A stretch of 64,000 bases of DNA from Roseibacillus sp. (GTDB lineage Bacteria > Verrucomicrobiota > Verrucomicrobiia > Verrucomicrobiales > Akkermansiaceae). Shown here one piece after another: positions 28,233 through 39,700 of this stretch. Both the position numbers and the translations under genes were made by a program. The stretch covers positions 448,001 to 512,000 of the forward strand of contig JBPOGI010000001.1 in the NCBI GenBank assembly GCA_051251855.1, written 5' to 3'. The notes under the pieces were generated by a model, which did not search any database, had not been told where the DNA came from, and worked only from the letters and a program-made list of their open reading frames with translations. Within the stretch, counting starts at the first letter, position 1; each line of letters opens with the position of its first letter.

Positions 28233-29186
28233 TTAGTTGACCTGATTGTCGGGGGTGCCGTCGATCCAAGCTTCAAGGTTATTGAGAAGTCCGTCTAACA
28301 GGCGTTGGCGAGCCTCTTGGGCAGTCCAAGCGGTGTGAGGAGTGATGAGCAGATTTTTGGCACGAAGGTCGGGGGCCAAAAGGGGATTATCTTGGCTCGG
28401 AGGTTCAACCGAGAGGACGTCGAGACCGGCACCCGCGATACGGTCGTTGCGCAGGGCGTCAGCGAGAGCGGGTTCATGGATGAGAGCTCCCCGGCCGGTA
28501 TTGATAAGGAAGGCGGAAGGCTTCATCAGGGCGAGGGTCTCGGCATTGATGAGGTGCTCGGTGTCTTTGTTGAGCGGAGCGTGAAGGGAGATGAGGTCGG
28601 AAGTCGCGAAGAATTCTTCCCGTGGCACGCGATTGCGAGTGGTGGTAGAAGCTCCTTCGCGGGCGAGAGCTTGCACGTTCATTCCGAAGGCCTCAGCGAT
28701 GCGGGCCACGGCGGAACCGGTCTCGCCCAGACCCACGATGCCGATGGTCTTGCCTGCGAGTTCGGTAACGGGGTGATCAAGATGAGTGAAGATTGGGGAC
28801 TGCGGCCAGGTCTGAATCTCGGCGCTGTAGCGGTTGACTGCGGTGGTGAGATTCAGAAGAAGAGCGAAGACGTGTTGAGCAACCGCAGAGGTGGAGTAGC
28901 CTGCGACGTTACAGACGGGAATGTCGCGCTTACTGGCTGCTTCGAGCTCAACATGATTGAAACCGGTGGCCGCAATCAGGATGAGCTTGAGGTCGGGAAG
29001 GTGAGCGAGGGTCTCCTCGGTGAGGGGAACTTTGTTAGTAACGAGAACTTGGGCTCCGGCAGCGTGCTCGAGGATTTGAAGAGGCGAGGTGGTGTCGTGG
29101 AAGGTCAGACCGCCATGCGCTTCAAAGGGCGAGAAGTCGAGGTCATCACGGTGAAGAGTGGAGGCGTCGAGAAAGGTGATTTGCAT
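28233..29186 (-). CDS. D-2-hydroxyacid dehydrogenase (glycerate dehydrogenase/hydroxypyruvate reductase-like)
   Basis: GIVGLGETG, SLHAPL, INTGRG, GAGLDVLSVEPP and TPHTAW. Confidence 0.92.
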   Translation of the reverse strand: MQITFLDASTLHRDDLDFSPFEAHGGLTFHDTTSPLQILEHAAGAQVLVTNKVPLTEETLAHLPDLKLILIAATGFNHVELEAASKRDIPVCNVAGYSTSAVAQHVFALLLNLTTAVNRYSAEIQTWPQSPIFTHLDHPVTELAGKTIGIVGLGETGSAVARIAEAFGMNVQALAREGASTTTRNRVPREEFFATSDLISLHAPLNKDTEHLINAETLALMKPSAFLINTGRGALIHEPALADALRNDRIAGAGLDVLSVEPPSQDNPLLAPDLRAKNLLITPHTAWTAQEARQRLLDGLLNNLEAWIDGTPDNQVN

Positions 29187-29336
29187 AGGCCTATCTTAGC
29201 GAAGATAGGCCAAGCGGCAACTTTTGTTGTTGGGAAGTCACTTGCGACCAACAGGGTAAGGTCTTGGCCTATTGACCGCTCTCGATTGAGCCGACTTTGA
29301 CTCAACCATAGATCGATTCAAAGGGCCTCAGAACTC

Positions 29337-29930
29337 TTAATCAACAGCGTAATTTGCTGTGTTGAGCACTCGGCTCCATTCCATGTCCGTAGTCGCGCCG
29401 GTTGTGCCATTGGCTTTGAGTTCGATGGTTTCAACTTTGATGGCCCCAAATTGCAGAACTGCAGTAAGGAGGGATTGGTCGCCGTCGGTCGCGGTGATGG
29501 AAATATCTTGAAACATGACAAGTTTCATTGAAATTCTGAAGAGGTCAGTACCACCAGCAGGTCCTCCAGAGCTCCTGCGAGCGGTGATGATGGCTTCGTC
29601 CATGTGGTCGCCTTCAACCAGATATTTCAGCATTTGAGGCGTATGTGTGTCTCCAATGTTCGCGGTGATAGTGAGTTCTTTGAAGGTTGCCTTTCCCGCT
29701 CCGCCTCCTGTGGAGATGCTGCCGATGTTGATGTTATTCTCAGCCCCAAACTCGAAGTTAATGAGTTCGAGCGCCTTTTTATCTTTCATGACGTTGTCTA
29801 GAGTGCCGCCATGAATTGGGCCGCTGGCTCCGTCGGTTGGAAAGTGGATGAAGTAATCTAGTTGGGCGTGGGCTGTGAGGGTGAGGAAGACGGTGCTGAG
29901 GATGAGCGTCAATGATGATTTTAGGTGCAT
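29337..29930 (-). CDS. Hcp (type VI secretion tube protein) homologue with an N-terminal Sec signal peptide
   Basis: Full-length Hcp pattern: DYFI, I.G.T.D, LEL..FEFG, GGGAGKATFKELTIT, TP.ML..L..G.H, LQFGAIKVE and a C-terminal W. Leader MHLKSSLTLILSTVFLTLTAHA. Confidence 0.85.
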   Translation of the reverse strand: MHLKSSLTLILSTVFLTLTAHAQLDYFIHFPTDGASGPIHGGTLDNVMKDKKALELINFEFGAENNINIGSISTGGGAGKATFKELTITANIGDTHTPQMLKYLVEGDHMDEAIITARRSSGGPAGGTDLFRISMKLVMFQDISITATDGDQSLLTAVLQFGAIKVETIELKANGTTGATTDMEWSRVLNTANYAVD

Positions 29931-29949
29931 AATCGTTTAGGTTGGAATG

Positions 29950-31446
29950 TTAGTTCGAGGCGGGCTGAATGTATTCAATGAGGAGTTTTCCGAACCGGGT
30001 GGGGCCGGGTTCGGGATCAGAAAAAAGGAAAACGGAGTTGGCACTGGCTTCCTCATCAGTGAGAAAGGGATTCGAGATAGGGACGGTATCCCAGTCAGTT
30101 AGGTTGGAGGAGAATTGCCCAATGTAGCGAAGAGGGGCATCCCGACGTCCTCCGAAGGCGAGAGAAAGAGGGACGAGGCTTTCGGAGCTGTAAGGGCTGA
30201 GGTCAGGGGCGAAGGAGTAGTCAGCGTTTTCAGCCGCATCACTTTGAGTGGGGTCTTTTCGAAAGGCAAACTCTTCGAGGAGAGTCAGGCCATCGCCGTC
30301 GAGGTCGCTTTGCAAGTCCGCGTTGATGCCGGTGAGTCCGTGCTCATTGATCCAGTCGAGGAGCATGGTATTGGGAATGTGAGAAATTCTGAGTGACACG
30401 GGTTGGCTCTGGACCTCGGTATCAGCACGGGTGAGAAAGAGGTAGCGTGCCCCTGCACGGTAGGTGATGTGGGTTTCCGGTCCGATGGGGAAATCTTCGG
30501 GAATATTGGTGGGGGTCGAGACGGAGCCAAAGCCTTTGGCTTTTTCGGTGTGATAGGTGGAACCTGCTGAGATGGCATCGGGGACCCGTTGAAACTCCGA
30601 GCCTTTCAGAATGTGATTGCTGGAGGAAAGGACGCCGAGCAAGGGATTCGTTTCGCCATTGTCCTTGCGGCCGTTTCCGATCCGCTTGAAGCGGAGAATG
30701 TCGCCTGTCCGGAGGTCTGGAAAGAGTGCTAGGAGGTCGTGGGCATTGCCGTTTGTGAGTGTGGCCTCGTTTGTTTCGGGAGTGCTGTTCCTGACTCCAT
30801 AACCCTCATGGAGGTAGGTCTCTGATGATGAAACCGAGAGCGGTTCGTCTAGGGTGGAAATCGCGGGAAGCTCTGAGAGAGTAGGAGGCGCGGGAGGCTT
30901 GTGTTGAAAAAGGGGATCGGCGATGGCAAAGGTGTTTCCCGGAGAGGCTTCGATCCCAATGATGGCAATCCTAGCCTCGGGGTCGATCATACCAAGGAAG
31001 ACGGGGTTTCCTTGTACTCCTGGACTGCTTCTGCTGGTAGAGAAGAGAAAATGTCCGGTGAAGTCATAGAAGCTAACTATGTAGTCGGCTTGCACTCCTA
31101 AGGAGTGCTCGACTGTGACGGCAAACCCTTGCACGGGACTGGGGGGGTAAATAAGGAGTCGATTGCCTCCGTTGTGCTGGAGAAGCATTCCGGGGGTGAA
31201 ATAGCCAGTGTTTCGGAACTCGGCCGAAGCTGCTTGGGTGGTCACACCGGCGGTGAGTTGATTGGAGTTTGAGAAAGTGGTGTAAGAATCGGCCGCGAGG
31301 GTGGAGCCTGTCGTTAGGGCGACATCTTCCCATGAGATGGTGGCGTCTGCCCTAATCTCGCTCGGTGATGTGACTTCGAAGGGAAGGGCCCAACAGTGAG
31401 TCGCGAGCAGAGTCAGCAAGAAGGCGATGGAAAAGTTAGAAGCCAT
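29950..31446 (-). CDS. Secreted multidomain protein with a C-terminal DxDGDG-containing domain
   Basis: Signal peptide, two beta-rich domains joined by a Pro-rich linker, and W...HGL...SDLDGDGLTLLEEFAF..DP...SSNLTDW C-terminal module. Confidence 0.75.
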   Translation of the reverse strand: MASNFSIAFLLTLLATHCWALPFEVTSPSEIRADATISWEDVALTTGSTLAADSYTTFSNSNQLTAGVTTQAASAEFRNTGYFTPGMLLQHNGGNRLLIYPPSPVQGFAVTVEHSLGVQADYIVSFYDFTGHFLFSTSRSSPGVQGNPVFLGMIDPEARIAIIGIEASPGNTFAIADPLFQHKPPAPPTLSELPAISTLDEPLSVSSSETYLHEGYGVRNSTPETNEATLTNGNAHDLLALFPDLRTGDILRFKRIGNGRKDNGETNPLLGVLSSSNHILKGSEFQRVPDAISAGSTYHTEKAKGFGSVSTPTNIPEDFPIGPETHITYRAGARYLFLTRADTEVQSQPVSLRISHIPNTMLLDWINEHGLTGINADLQSDLDGDGLTLLEEFAFRKDPTQSDAAENADYSFAPDLSPYSSESLVPLSLAFGGRRDAPLRYIGQFSSNLTDWDTVPISNPFLTDEEASANSVFLFSDPEPGPTRFGKLLIEYIQPASN

Positions 31447-31580
31447 TCAAGTATTCTAAAGTGCGTTGAAGATGTCGGAAAAACCCCAATAGATAAGAAG
31501 CTTTTTACCGATTTGAAGGACAAAGACAAGGTGGAAATCGTGCGGTGGAGGGATATCTTAACTCTTTGTATGGTTTTCTT

Positions 31581-32756
31581 TCACCTCACCAAGCCGGCCA
31601 TGGTTTTGGTCATAAATTTGCGGGCGAGTGGGGTGTGCTGCATGGTGCGGAAGAATCCTTTGCGAAGTGGACTGAGCCATTCGTGGTCGGACTGGAACCA
31701 TGGGGTGAGCTGGCGGGAAGAGAAGCGATAGTAGGCCAGTTGGAAGCGACGGGCTTTGGCATAGGCGGCAAGGGCTTGGGTAAGAGAGTTCGCTTGCAGG
31801 CATTTGGCGAGGGAGGAGGCGTCCTGGAGGGCAAGGTTAACCCCCTGTCCAAGTTGAGGGCTCATGGCGTGGGCAGCATCGCCGAGGATAACAGCGCCTT
31901 GGCGATGAGGGCTTGGGAGGCGAACGTCACCGTAGCGGGCGGTGAGGACTTGGGACCAGTCTTCGATTTGAGCCAGAAAGGGTTCTGCACGCGGGGTGAC
32001 TGTGAGAATGGTGTCTTTCCATTGTTGGAGGGGTTGAGCGCGAATCGCGTGGTCGTCGGCAAGCTTAATGCTCCAGAAAAGGCTGACTAGGTCGTCGTCT
32101 TGGCCGAGTTCGTGTCCGGTAGCGAGGAAGCCCGCGAGCTGGCGGGTGCCGTTGACGACTTGAAAGAGTTCGCTGGTGGGAAAGGTGTCGTTGTTTTTTC
32201 CAATGAACCAGTGGGCACCCCAAGGGTAGCCGCGGTTGATGCCTTGGGGAAAAAGTTGTTGGCGGAGGGTTGAGCGGGCACCATCGGCGATGATGAGGAG
32301 GTCGAAGGGGCCGCTTTTCCTTCCGGTTGTGGAATAGAGAATCCAACTCTCCTGATTACGGTGAGCGCTTTTGACCTCCCAATTCCAATGGATGGGAATA
32401 TTCTCCTTCTCCATTGCGGAGAGGAGGTAGTGAAGAAGAACAGGTCGATGGAGGCCGAGGCCAAACTGTTCACCTTTGAGTTCTCGATACTTGAGGTTGA
32501 GAAGGTCCTGCCCTTGCTGATTTAAAATATGCAGACTCTCGATACGAGCTCCATGATTGAGAATGGGGTCTAGAATTCCGAGCTCGGCAAGAACGGACAT
32601 CCCTGAGGGTTGTAGCAAAAAACCTGCACCCACGGGTTGGCAAGATGGAGCGCGTTCAAAGAGTTCGACCCGGTGGCCTTGGCGAGCTAGGAGGGTGGCG
32701 GCAGCGGGACCAGCGGAGCCGAGTCCGACGACGGCGATAGTGAGATTCTGGAGCAT
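31581..32756 (-). CDS. FAD-dependent monooxygenase (group A, UbiH/salicylate hydroxylase-like)
   Basis: VVGLGSAG, IIADGARS and LGDAAHAMSPQLGQGVN fingerprints. Confidence 0.9.
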   Translation of the reverse strand: MLQNLTIAVVGLGSAGPAAATLLARQGHRVELFERAPSCQPVGAGFLLQPSGMSVLAELGILDPILNHGARIESLHILNQQGQDLLNLKYRELKGEQFGLGLHRPVLLHYLLSAMEKENIPIHWNWEVKSAHRNQESWILYSTTGRKSGPFDLLIIADGARSTLRQQLFPQGINRGYPWGAHWFIGKNNDTFPTSELFQVVNGTRQLAGFLATGHELGQDDDLVSLFWSIKLADDHAIRAQPLQQWKDTILTVTPRAEPFLAQIEDWSQVLTARYGDVRLPSPHRQGAVILGDAAHAMSPQLGQGVNLALQDASSLAKCLQANSLTQALAAYAKARRFQLAYYRFSSRQLTPWFQSDHEWLSPLRKGFFRTMQHTPLARKFMTKTMAGLVR

Positions 32757-32768
32757 CGGCAAGGAGAC

Positions 32769-33623
32769 CTAATGCTCGGACTCTGTGGTGATTTTTGCGA
32801 TAAAGCGGAGAATGCTCTGGGCTCCAGGGTCATTGGGGCGGGCCATGTTGTGGGCGATGGAGGAGTGACCACAGTCGGGGACTTCGTCGGTGGTGACTTG
32901 GGTGTTTTTAGCCCCTTTGAGAACGGCGGCGAGGTAGGCGTTCTCTTCGGCACGGGCGGGAGCGTCGTTGTCGGCCCATAGAATAAGGGTGGGAGGAATG
33001 CCCTCTTCGTTGGCATAGCGGACGGGGGCAGCGTCGTCGGCAGTGATGATAAAGGGGTTGTCGGAGCCGAAGCGTTCTTTGCGGACGGTGTAGTGAGTCA
33101 TGGTTTGGGCTGCGACAGGGATGAGGCCGGCGAGGCTGTTGCGTTCAAGATCGTGGGCTGCGAGCCAGCGCTGGTCCATGCCGATCATGAGAGTGAGATA
33201 ACCGCCGGCAGAGTGACCGCCGAGGAAGACTTTTTTTGGGTCGCCGCCCTGTTCCGAAATATTGGCGAGTGTCCAAGCGACCGCTGCGGCGGTGTCTTCG
33301 ACGTAGGCTGGGTATTCCGCTTTGGGGTGAAGGCGATAGTTGACCATCGCGATGGCGAGGCCTTGTTCGCAAAGATGTTGAGCGATGGCGATGTTCCTTG
33401 GGTCGTCTTTTTTTCCACTTTTGAGTCCGCCACCATGGAGCCAGATGAGAGTGGAGAAGCCTTTCTTTCTCTTGGGGAGGTAGAGGTCGAGCTTACAGCG
33501 TTCATTTTGATAGGTGTTGTCGGTCTTCTTCGAGTAGGGGATGTCCCTCTTGACCATGACTGCTTCGATTTCGGCAAAGAGAGGGAGGATGAAGAGCGAG
33601 AACAGAAGGAGAACGTTTTTCAT
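32769..33623 (-). CDS. Exported alpha/beta hydrolase (HSL-like esterase)
   Basis: Signal peptide from MKNVLLL; HGGGL, NYRL and GHSAGG. Confidence 0.9.
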   Translation of the reverse strand: MKNVLLLFSLFILPLFAEIEAVMVKRDIPYSKKTDNTYQNERCKLDLYLPKRKKGFSTLIWLHGGGLKSGKKDDPRNIAIAQHLCEQGLAIAMVNYRLHPKAEYPAYVEDTAAAVAWTLANISEQGGDPKKVFLGGHSAGGYLTLMIGMDQRWLAAHDLERNSLAGLIPVAAQTMTHYTVRKERFGSDNPFIITADDAAPVRYANEEGIPPTLILWADNDAPARAEENAYLAAVLKGAKNTQVTTDEVPDCGHSSIAHNMARPNDPGAQSILRFIAKITTESEH

Positions 33624-33796
33624 TGTGAACTTGTGGACGGTGACGATAGCCATTTTCACAGTGGTCTTACCAGCGACTTATTTTCCTCGAATGAGAGTTC
33701 TTTTTGATATTTGAATAGGCTTTTCTTGCGAATTTTGGGGTGAGAAAATGTTGAGGGCTTGCAGCCGCTTCAAAGTTATGTCGGACTCTTCTAAGT

Positions 33797-36700
33797 ATGA
33801 AGGTATATCTGACATTTGTCCTATGGGTTCTTTCCCTTTCTGATATTTGGGCTGCTCGGGAAGGTTTGTCACGAGATGCGCCCGAGATTTACACAGAGCA
33901 ACTCGAGGCCCTTCTTACTCCGGTGGAAGAGGTGTTGGGCTGGGAGAACTCGTTTCTGGAGGGCGAAGATAGTGACGGCACGGTATTGCTTTCAGAGAGA
34001 GTGACCTGGGTCAATGATGATGGACGCTGTGTGGACGTGCTGCATGCCATCTATCAGGCGCATACGGATGCTGGAGGCTCGCAGCTCGAGTCAGATTCGA
34101 TTCGGTTTTCAGCTTTGTTGGAAAAGCCTACTCTGGTGCTTGCTCGTACTCTAAATAAGGATGGGAAATGGATCGAGGTCGGGGAGAAGGAGGCCTTTCT
34201 TCAACGTGGGCGAGGGGATTCTGAGAGTCAGATTTACGATGATAGTGAAGAAGTGGTTCTCATTTTTCCTGAGGTAGAAGCGGGAGCGATCACGCAGTCG
34301 ATTGTGGTTCTGGAAGACAAGTCTGCGCGAGTCGAAGGGGAATACTTTGCGATTGGTTCTTGGGAAGCGGGGTGGCCCTACCTCATGCGACGACGGGTGC
34401 TCGATCTTTCTGAGACGATGGCAGAGCGGCTTCAGGAGAAAGTGGTAGGGCGAGGGGTGCCTCGACGGGTCAGGCTGGATGCTCCCGAGGGTCGCTGGCG
34501 TGCGCAGTGGGAGAAGAAGAACCGAGAGCGTGCCTTCTGGGAACGGTCTCGTGCTCCTTCTACTCAGATAGGTCCGGCGTCCTTCTTGACGACTTGGGAG
34601 AGTTGGGATGATTTGTCCCGCTGGTATTCCAAGAAGTTGGAGAAGAATTCGGGCCTTGGTGCCGAGTTGTTGCAGGAGGTCGAAACGTGGGTAGGGGAAG
34701 AAACCGATAAGGAAAAAATCGCCAATATTCTCTTAGAGAGAGTTTCCTTAGAGATTCGCTACACGGGCTTGGAATTTGGCCACTCGGGCTGGGAGCCTTA
34801 CTCTTGCGATACTGTTTGGAAGCGTAAGTTTGGAGACTGTAAGGATAAGGCAAACCTCCTTGTTCAACTGCTCGGGAAGTATGATATCGAGGCACGATTA
34901 GTCTTGGTGAATACACGCCATGCGGGATTGGTGAATCGGAAGTCACCTAGCTGCTACGAATTCAACCATGCAATCTTGGCGATTAAGGATGGCGACGAAT
35001 GGCAGTTTTGTGACGCAACGATTCCCGGTGCTCGCGTGGGTGAGCTTTCTCCCTCTTCAAGTGATCGAGAAGTCTATTTGGTTGGAGAGTCCGGTGGCGA
35101 ATGGGCTAGGACCCCGAGGGGAGAAGTTCCGCAGTTAGATTATAAATTCGAGACTGAGTTTGATTCTGAAGGACGGCTTTCTGGCTGGTTGGAGCTCCGG
35201 GCAACAGGATTCTATGAGCTCAGCTATCGCGATGATTATCGTGAGCGAAGTCGAATTTCTTCCAAGAGAGCTCTCACAAGTAAGCTTCAGAACTTTTTTG
35301 AGGGGGTCGAGGTTGTTGATGTCGAGTTTCCTGAAGAAGAAGGTGCGTTCGTGATTAAGGCCTTTTTTACAGGACAGCCAGTGGAGCCGGATACACAAGG
35401 GAGAAGGTCACTGCCGTTTCCTACCTCAACCAGTCTCTTTGTTGATTTTGGCGAAGCTGATACACGCGAGACCGATTTCTTTTTGTGGCGTGATAATATC
35501 GATGTTGAGTGTCGAATCTCGCTAGCCGATGGTCTGGCGGTGGAAGGCCTGCCCCAGCCAATTTCACTTTTGAGTGAGGGCTATCGGGTCGAGGCTGGTT
35601 GGCGAATGACCGAATGTGGTTGCCAAGCGGAATTGACTGTTTCTTGCGGAAAGTCACTGCTGACTCCTGATGAATTGTTGGCGGCTGCTCAGGCGAATCG
35701 TGCCTTTTCCAATTGGTCAGAGAGCCCAGTCTTTGTAAAGGAGGGGAAAGCCGGAAAAGTCCAAGAGATGAAAGAGTCGGGACCTGGGATGCCGCTTCTT
35801 TCTTCTGGTGAAGCCCAATTAGAACTCGTTGAGCAATGGTTTCCTTTAGGAGCTGATGCAGCGAGAAGAAGGTCTGCTTTGAGGGACGTCTTGCGGTTCT
35901 TTCCTCAGGACAAAGAGGTCGCTTTTGATGTCAAGCTGCGGCTAGCGTATTTAGATTACTACGAGGATAAGTATCTTGAAGCGGCCCAACAATACGAGGC
36001 TCTCAGTGGGAGCTCGAATGCATCCAAAGAGAATATTGGATTTGCAAAATATATGTTAGCTACGACGCAGAAGGAACTGGCGCAGCATGAAGAGGCTCTG
36101 GGAACGATGAAGGTTCTGGCTGAGCAAAAGGACCTGTCTGAATATCGTCGTGGGTGGTCAGCGGCGTGGGCAGGAGAGTGGCTTCTCCCCGATGAACCAG
36201 GTGAAGCGGAGAGATATTTTCGGATGGCGCTGGCAATTGAAGGGGATTTTCGTGAGGTGGCTCTTCAAGGGATCGTCAGTGCCCTAGTTAAGCGAGAGGA
36301 GCGCTCTAAGTTGGCAAAGGTTCTCATCGAGGAACTGCCAGAACAGGATGAAATCTTGGAAGAGGAATTCGCCCTGGTTCTAGAGACTTCTCAAGGAGCG
36401 AAGGAGGCCAAGGTATTAGAAGAGGCCCTGGTGTTGGCTCTTGAGGAGCTTGAGGAAGATGATTCGCGCAGGACTTTGTTCGAGTCTCATAGAAAGGAAC
36501 TCGCGGATAGCCTAGGGAAGCGCGAGCTTGTCGAAGCTCTGCATAAGAGTCTGAAAACACTTTTGGAGACGGAGAAGCCGGAATATTTTCGGAGGGTCCA
36601 GATTGATGGGGACCTTAAGACTCAAGCTGACTTCGAGAAGGAGATGGGTGAACTCTACAATGTGAAGCACGACCAGTGGCTTGCGCACGCGGCAGAGTAT

Positions 36701-39700
36701 GTTCATCGTTTTGAAGCGAATGAGAGTTTCCCGGAATTTTTGTGGCGACTTCTAGGGTATATTAATTGGTTAGAGAATCCTGGTAATGAGAAGGAGGAGT
36801 TCTTTGAGAAAATGATGCTCATTACTGATCAGATTCCACATTCGGACGGAAACTACTGGGAGAGCCAATTTGTGAAGGCGACTTGGTTGGAGGAGAGAAC
36901 TCGCTATGAGGAGGCGAATGAGGTCTACAGTTTGATGCCTGGGGATCCTGATTTCGATCAGGACTTCAGTTCCAGTGCCGCCAATAGGCAGGGGCTCGTA
37001 TTGGAAAAAATGGGCCGTTGGAGTGAAGCGGTAGTCTGCTTCCGAAGGACAGAGGACGAACGGAGAACAGTGTTGGAGGTTGTGAACCATCTCGTCCGCG
37101 CGGGGGTGCTCTTGGTGCATCTTGATCGAGCAGATGAAGCGCTGGAAGTATTTGGGCTTCTTCGGGATGTTCCAGTTTCGCTCTACGAAGAGGAATATAT
37201 AGAGTCTCAGGTGAAGGAGGCGATCACTCTGAGTGAAAGCCCTGAGGAGAGTAAGAAGTTCTGGGAGCAAACTCGGGGCGCATGGGCCGAGGGCTTAGGG
37301 AAAGGATCTGAGCTCAATCTGCAGGAACCATTCGGGGCTATTATTCTAACTGGAGATGAATTGACGAATTTTGACGAGGAGTTCCCTAAAGCTTTGAAGG
37401 ATAAAGATAAGGAGAAACAAGACGGCATGACTGCGGGGCTCTATGCCGTTGCCAGTATTTTCCCATCGCAAGTGCAGACAATGACCACTCTGGTTTATAC
37501 ATACTTGAAGCCCAATGAACCCCAGGGAGAGATGGGTCCGGAAAAGGCGCTCAAGAAGTTCGCCGAGATTGTTTTGGAAGCGCCAACTGATCAGGCTGTT
37601 CGAGAATTCTGTTTGCGGCTCTGCGGGGGACTCAGTATTGACCTTGGAGAAAAAGAGGAAGCATTCAATTTGCTCGCAAGATGTGTTGATGAGATTAATG
37701 AATCTTCTAGCCGAGAACATCGAGAACGAGCGGTGTATCTTTACCTTCTTTCGGCGCTTAGAGCGGAAAAGAAATCAGAAGATGTCATTGCTCGAGTTAA
37801 TGAGATCACTTCCGAAGAAATGCTTCATATTGGACGTTTCACTTTGGTTCAGAATGCGGCCCAACTCATTAACCAGTCAGAGGGGACAGAAGAAGCCCTC
37901 GATTTCGTGATGAAACAAATGAAGGTCCGGGCGGGAGACGCGACTTCTGAAGTGTTGGAACAGTTGGAGGCATATGCTGCCGAGCTGAAGGAAGGTGAGC
38001 TCGCGAAGCGGGAGATAGAGGAAGCAATGAACGAATGGATTTCCGCGCTTGAGCTGTCCTGGTTTGAGTATGTTGAGCCACGAGAGGTTGGAGATGCGGA
38101 GCTGGATGAGGCTCGCAGTTTCTTTCGAACAGGCGAAACCGATCGACATGATCTAGAGCAATTCAAATTGATGGTGGGCGTCGTTTTGTCGCCAGATGTT
38201 GAGGAGGAGTTGGCGGGCAATGCTTTGGAGCATTGCTTCTTTGCGCAGAAGGTCTGGACCCTTTCCGATAAGTTCTATTTTGAGCGCCTCATCGATGCCG
38301 TCTACGATGAGCGGTTTCCTACCGCCGTTCGGTCGCAACTCTATTTTTCGGCCGTTGTGGGAACTTCGCTCATAGGAGAGGCTCAACTCTTTGAGGTCTT
38401 GAAGGAGAAGCCAGTCTGGGGGGGAGAGGCTACTGCTCAGGGGAAGGAGCTGCTTGAAAATTTCGCTTTGGTAGCCCAAGCGAAGGAAGAAGGAGGAATC
38501 GACCGTGTTTTGGAATGCTTGAGGAAAATTGGTAAGGAAGGGGACTTCTTGGCGATGGATATCACCTTCTTAAGCAATTTTGTGAAGTTTCTCTTTCGAG
38601 AAGGTGAGACCGAGGTGATCGCGAAGCTACTCAAGGAATCAAAGGAATGGAAAGTTGCTGGTGGTGCGAGTGCTGAGATGCAAAAGGAAAGGTTGGAGTG
38701 GAGTCGGTCCTTGAGAAGAGTGGCTCCTTACTTGGATTTGAATGAACAACTGAAAGAACAGTTGTCAGGTTTGTTGGAAGGGTATCAGAAGGATGCACCT
38801 GAGGATTGGTTCGAGCGCTTTGATCTTTATTTGAATGACGACTGGACACTTCAAGAAAAAAGAGGAATTCAAGCTGCTCGTGTTTCGGACGAAGGTTGGA
38901 CGAGGTCTCGACAGGATGGGCGACTTTGGTTTCTAGAGACCGACACATGGGTTGAAGACGAGGAAGGAGAAGTCAGGGAGGAGGAGTTGCTAGAGGCGAT
39001 CAAGACGGTTTTGGAATGGTCTCAGGATTTTGAAGGGGCTTTTCCTTTGTTATCGCTATTGGACCATGAGTTGTCAGAGCCAGCAGAAGCGAAGCTTGCC
39101 GAGATGCTCGAGCCTTTTGACGATCCACGAGAAACGCCAGAGATCTACGCTGTTAAAAGGCTATGGGAGGCTAAGAATCGTGACGAAATTGTGAAGCACA
39201 GGCTTTCAGGCCTTCAGTCTGCGGCAAACGAAACGGCGATTTTTCAGGGGTTTGTAGACTATGTCACTTTGCTTTTTACGATTGAAAACGCCAATGCGAG
39301 AGAGTCCGAGCGTGTCCTTGATGAGATGGATAGCGAACGTCTGCTATCTAGCGAATTGTTACCACTTAGTTTGCATTTATTTCAAAGTCTAGGAACTCGG
39401 GAAGTGGAACTGGAAATCGCAACTGAGCGCGCTGCCGCTGAGATTCATGCAAGTGTTTTGAATTCATGGCAGCATCTAGAGCTATATGAGCTTAAGCAAG
39501 CTTGTGAACTTGCGATTATGAGTGATGCTGGAAAGCAGCTTCCAGTTGAATGGGCTGAATCAAATCGAAAGAGGATCCCAGAGGATGAAGATAGGCTGAC
39601 GTTCGAGGTTTTGTATGCTCTTGCCAAAAAGAACTGGAGTGACTTAGAGCAGTTTTGTTCCGAGTTGGATAAACTGAACTCTGGTTTCTATTCAACCGCT

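Noticed and set aside
29337..33623. A type VI secretion cluster or Hcp-VgrG effector island
   Set aside because: No VgrG, PAAR, sheath, baseplate or immunity-like gene is recognisable nearby.
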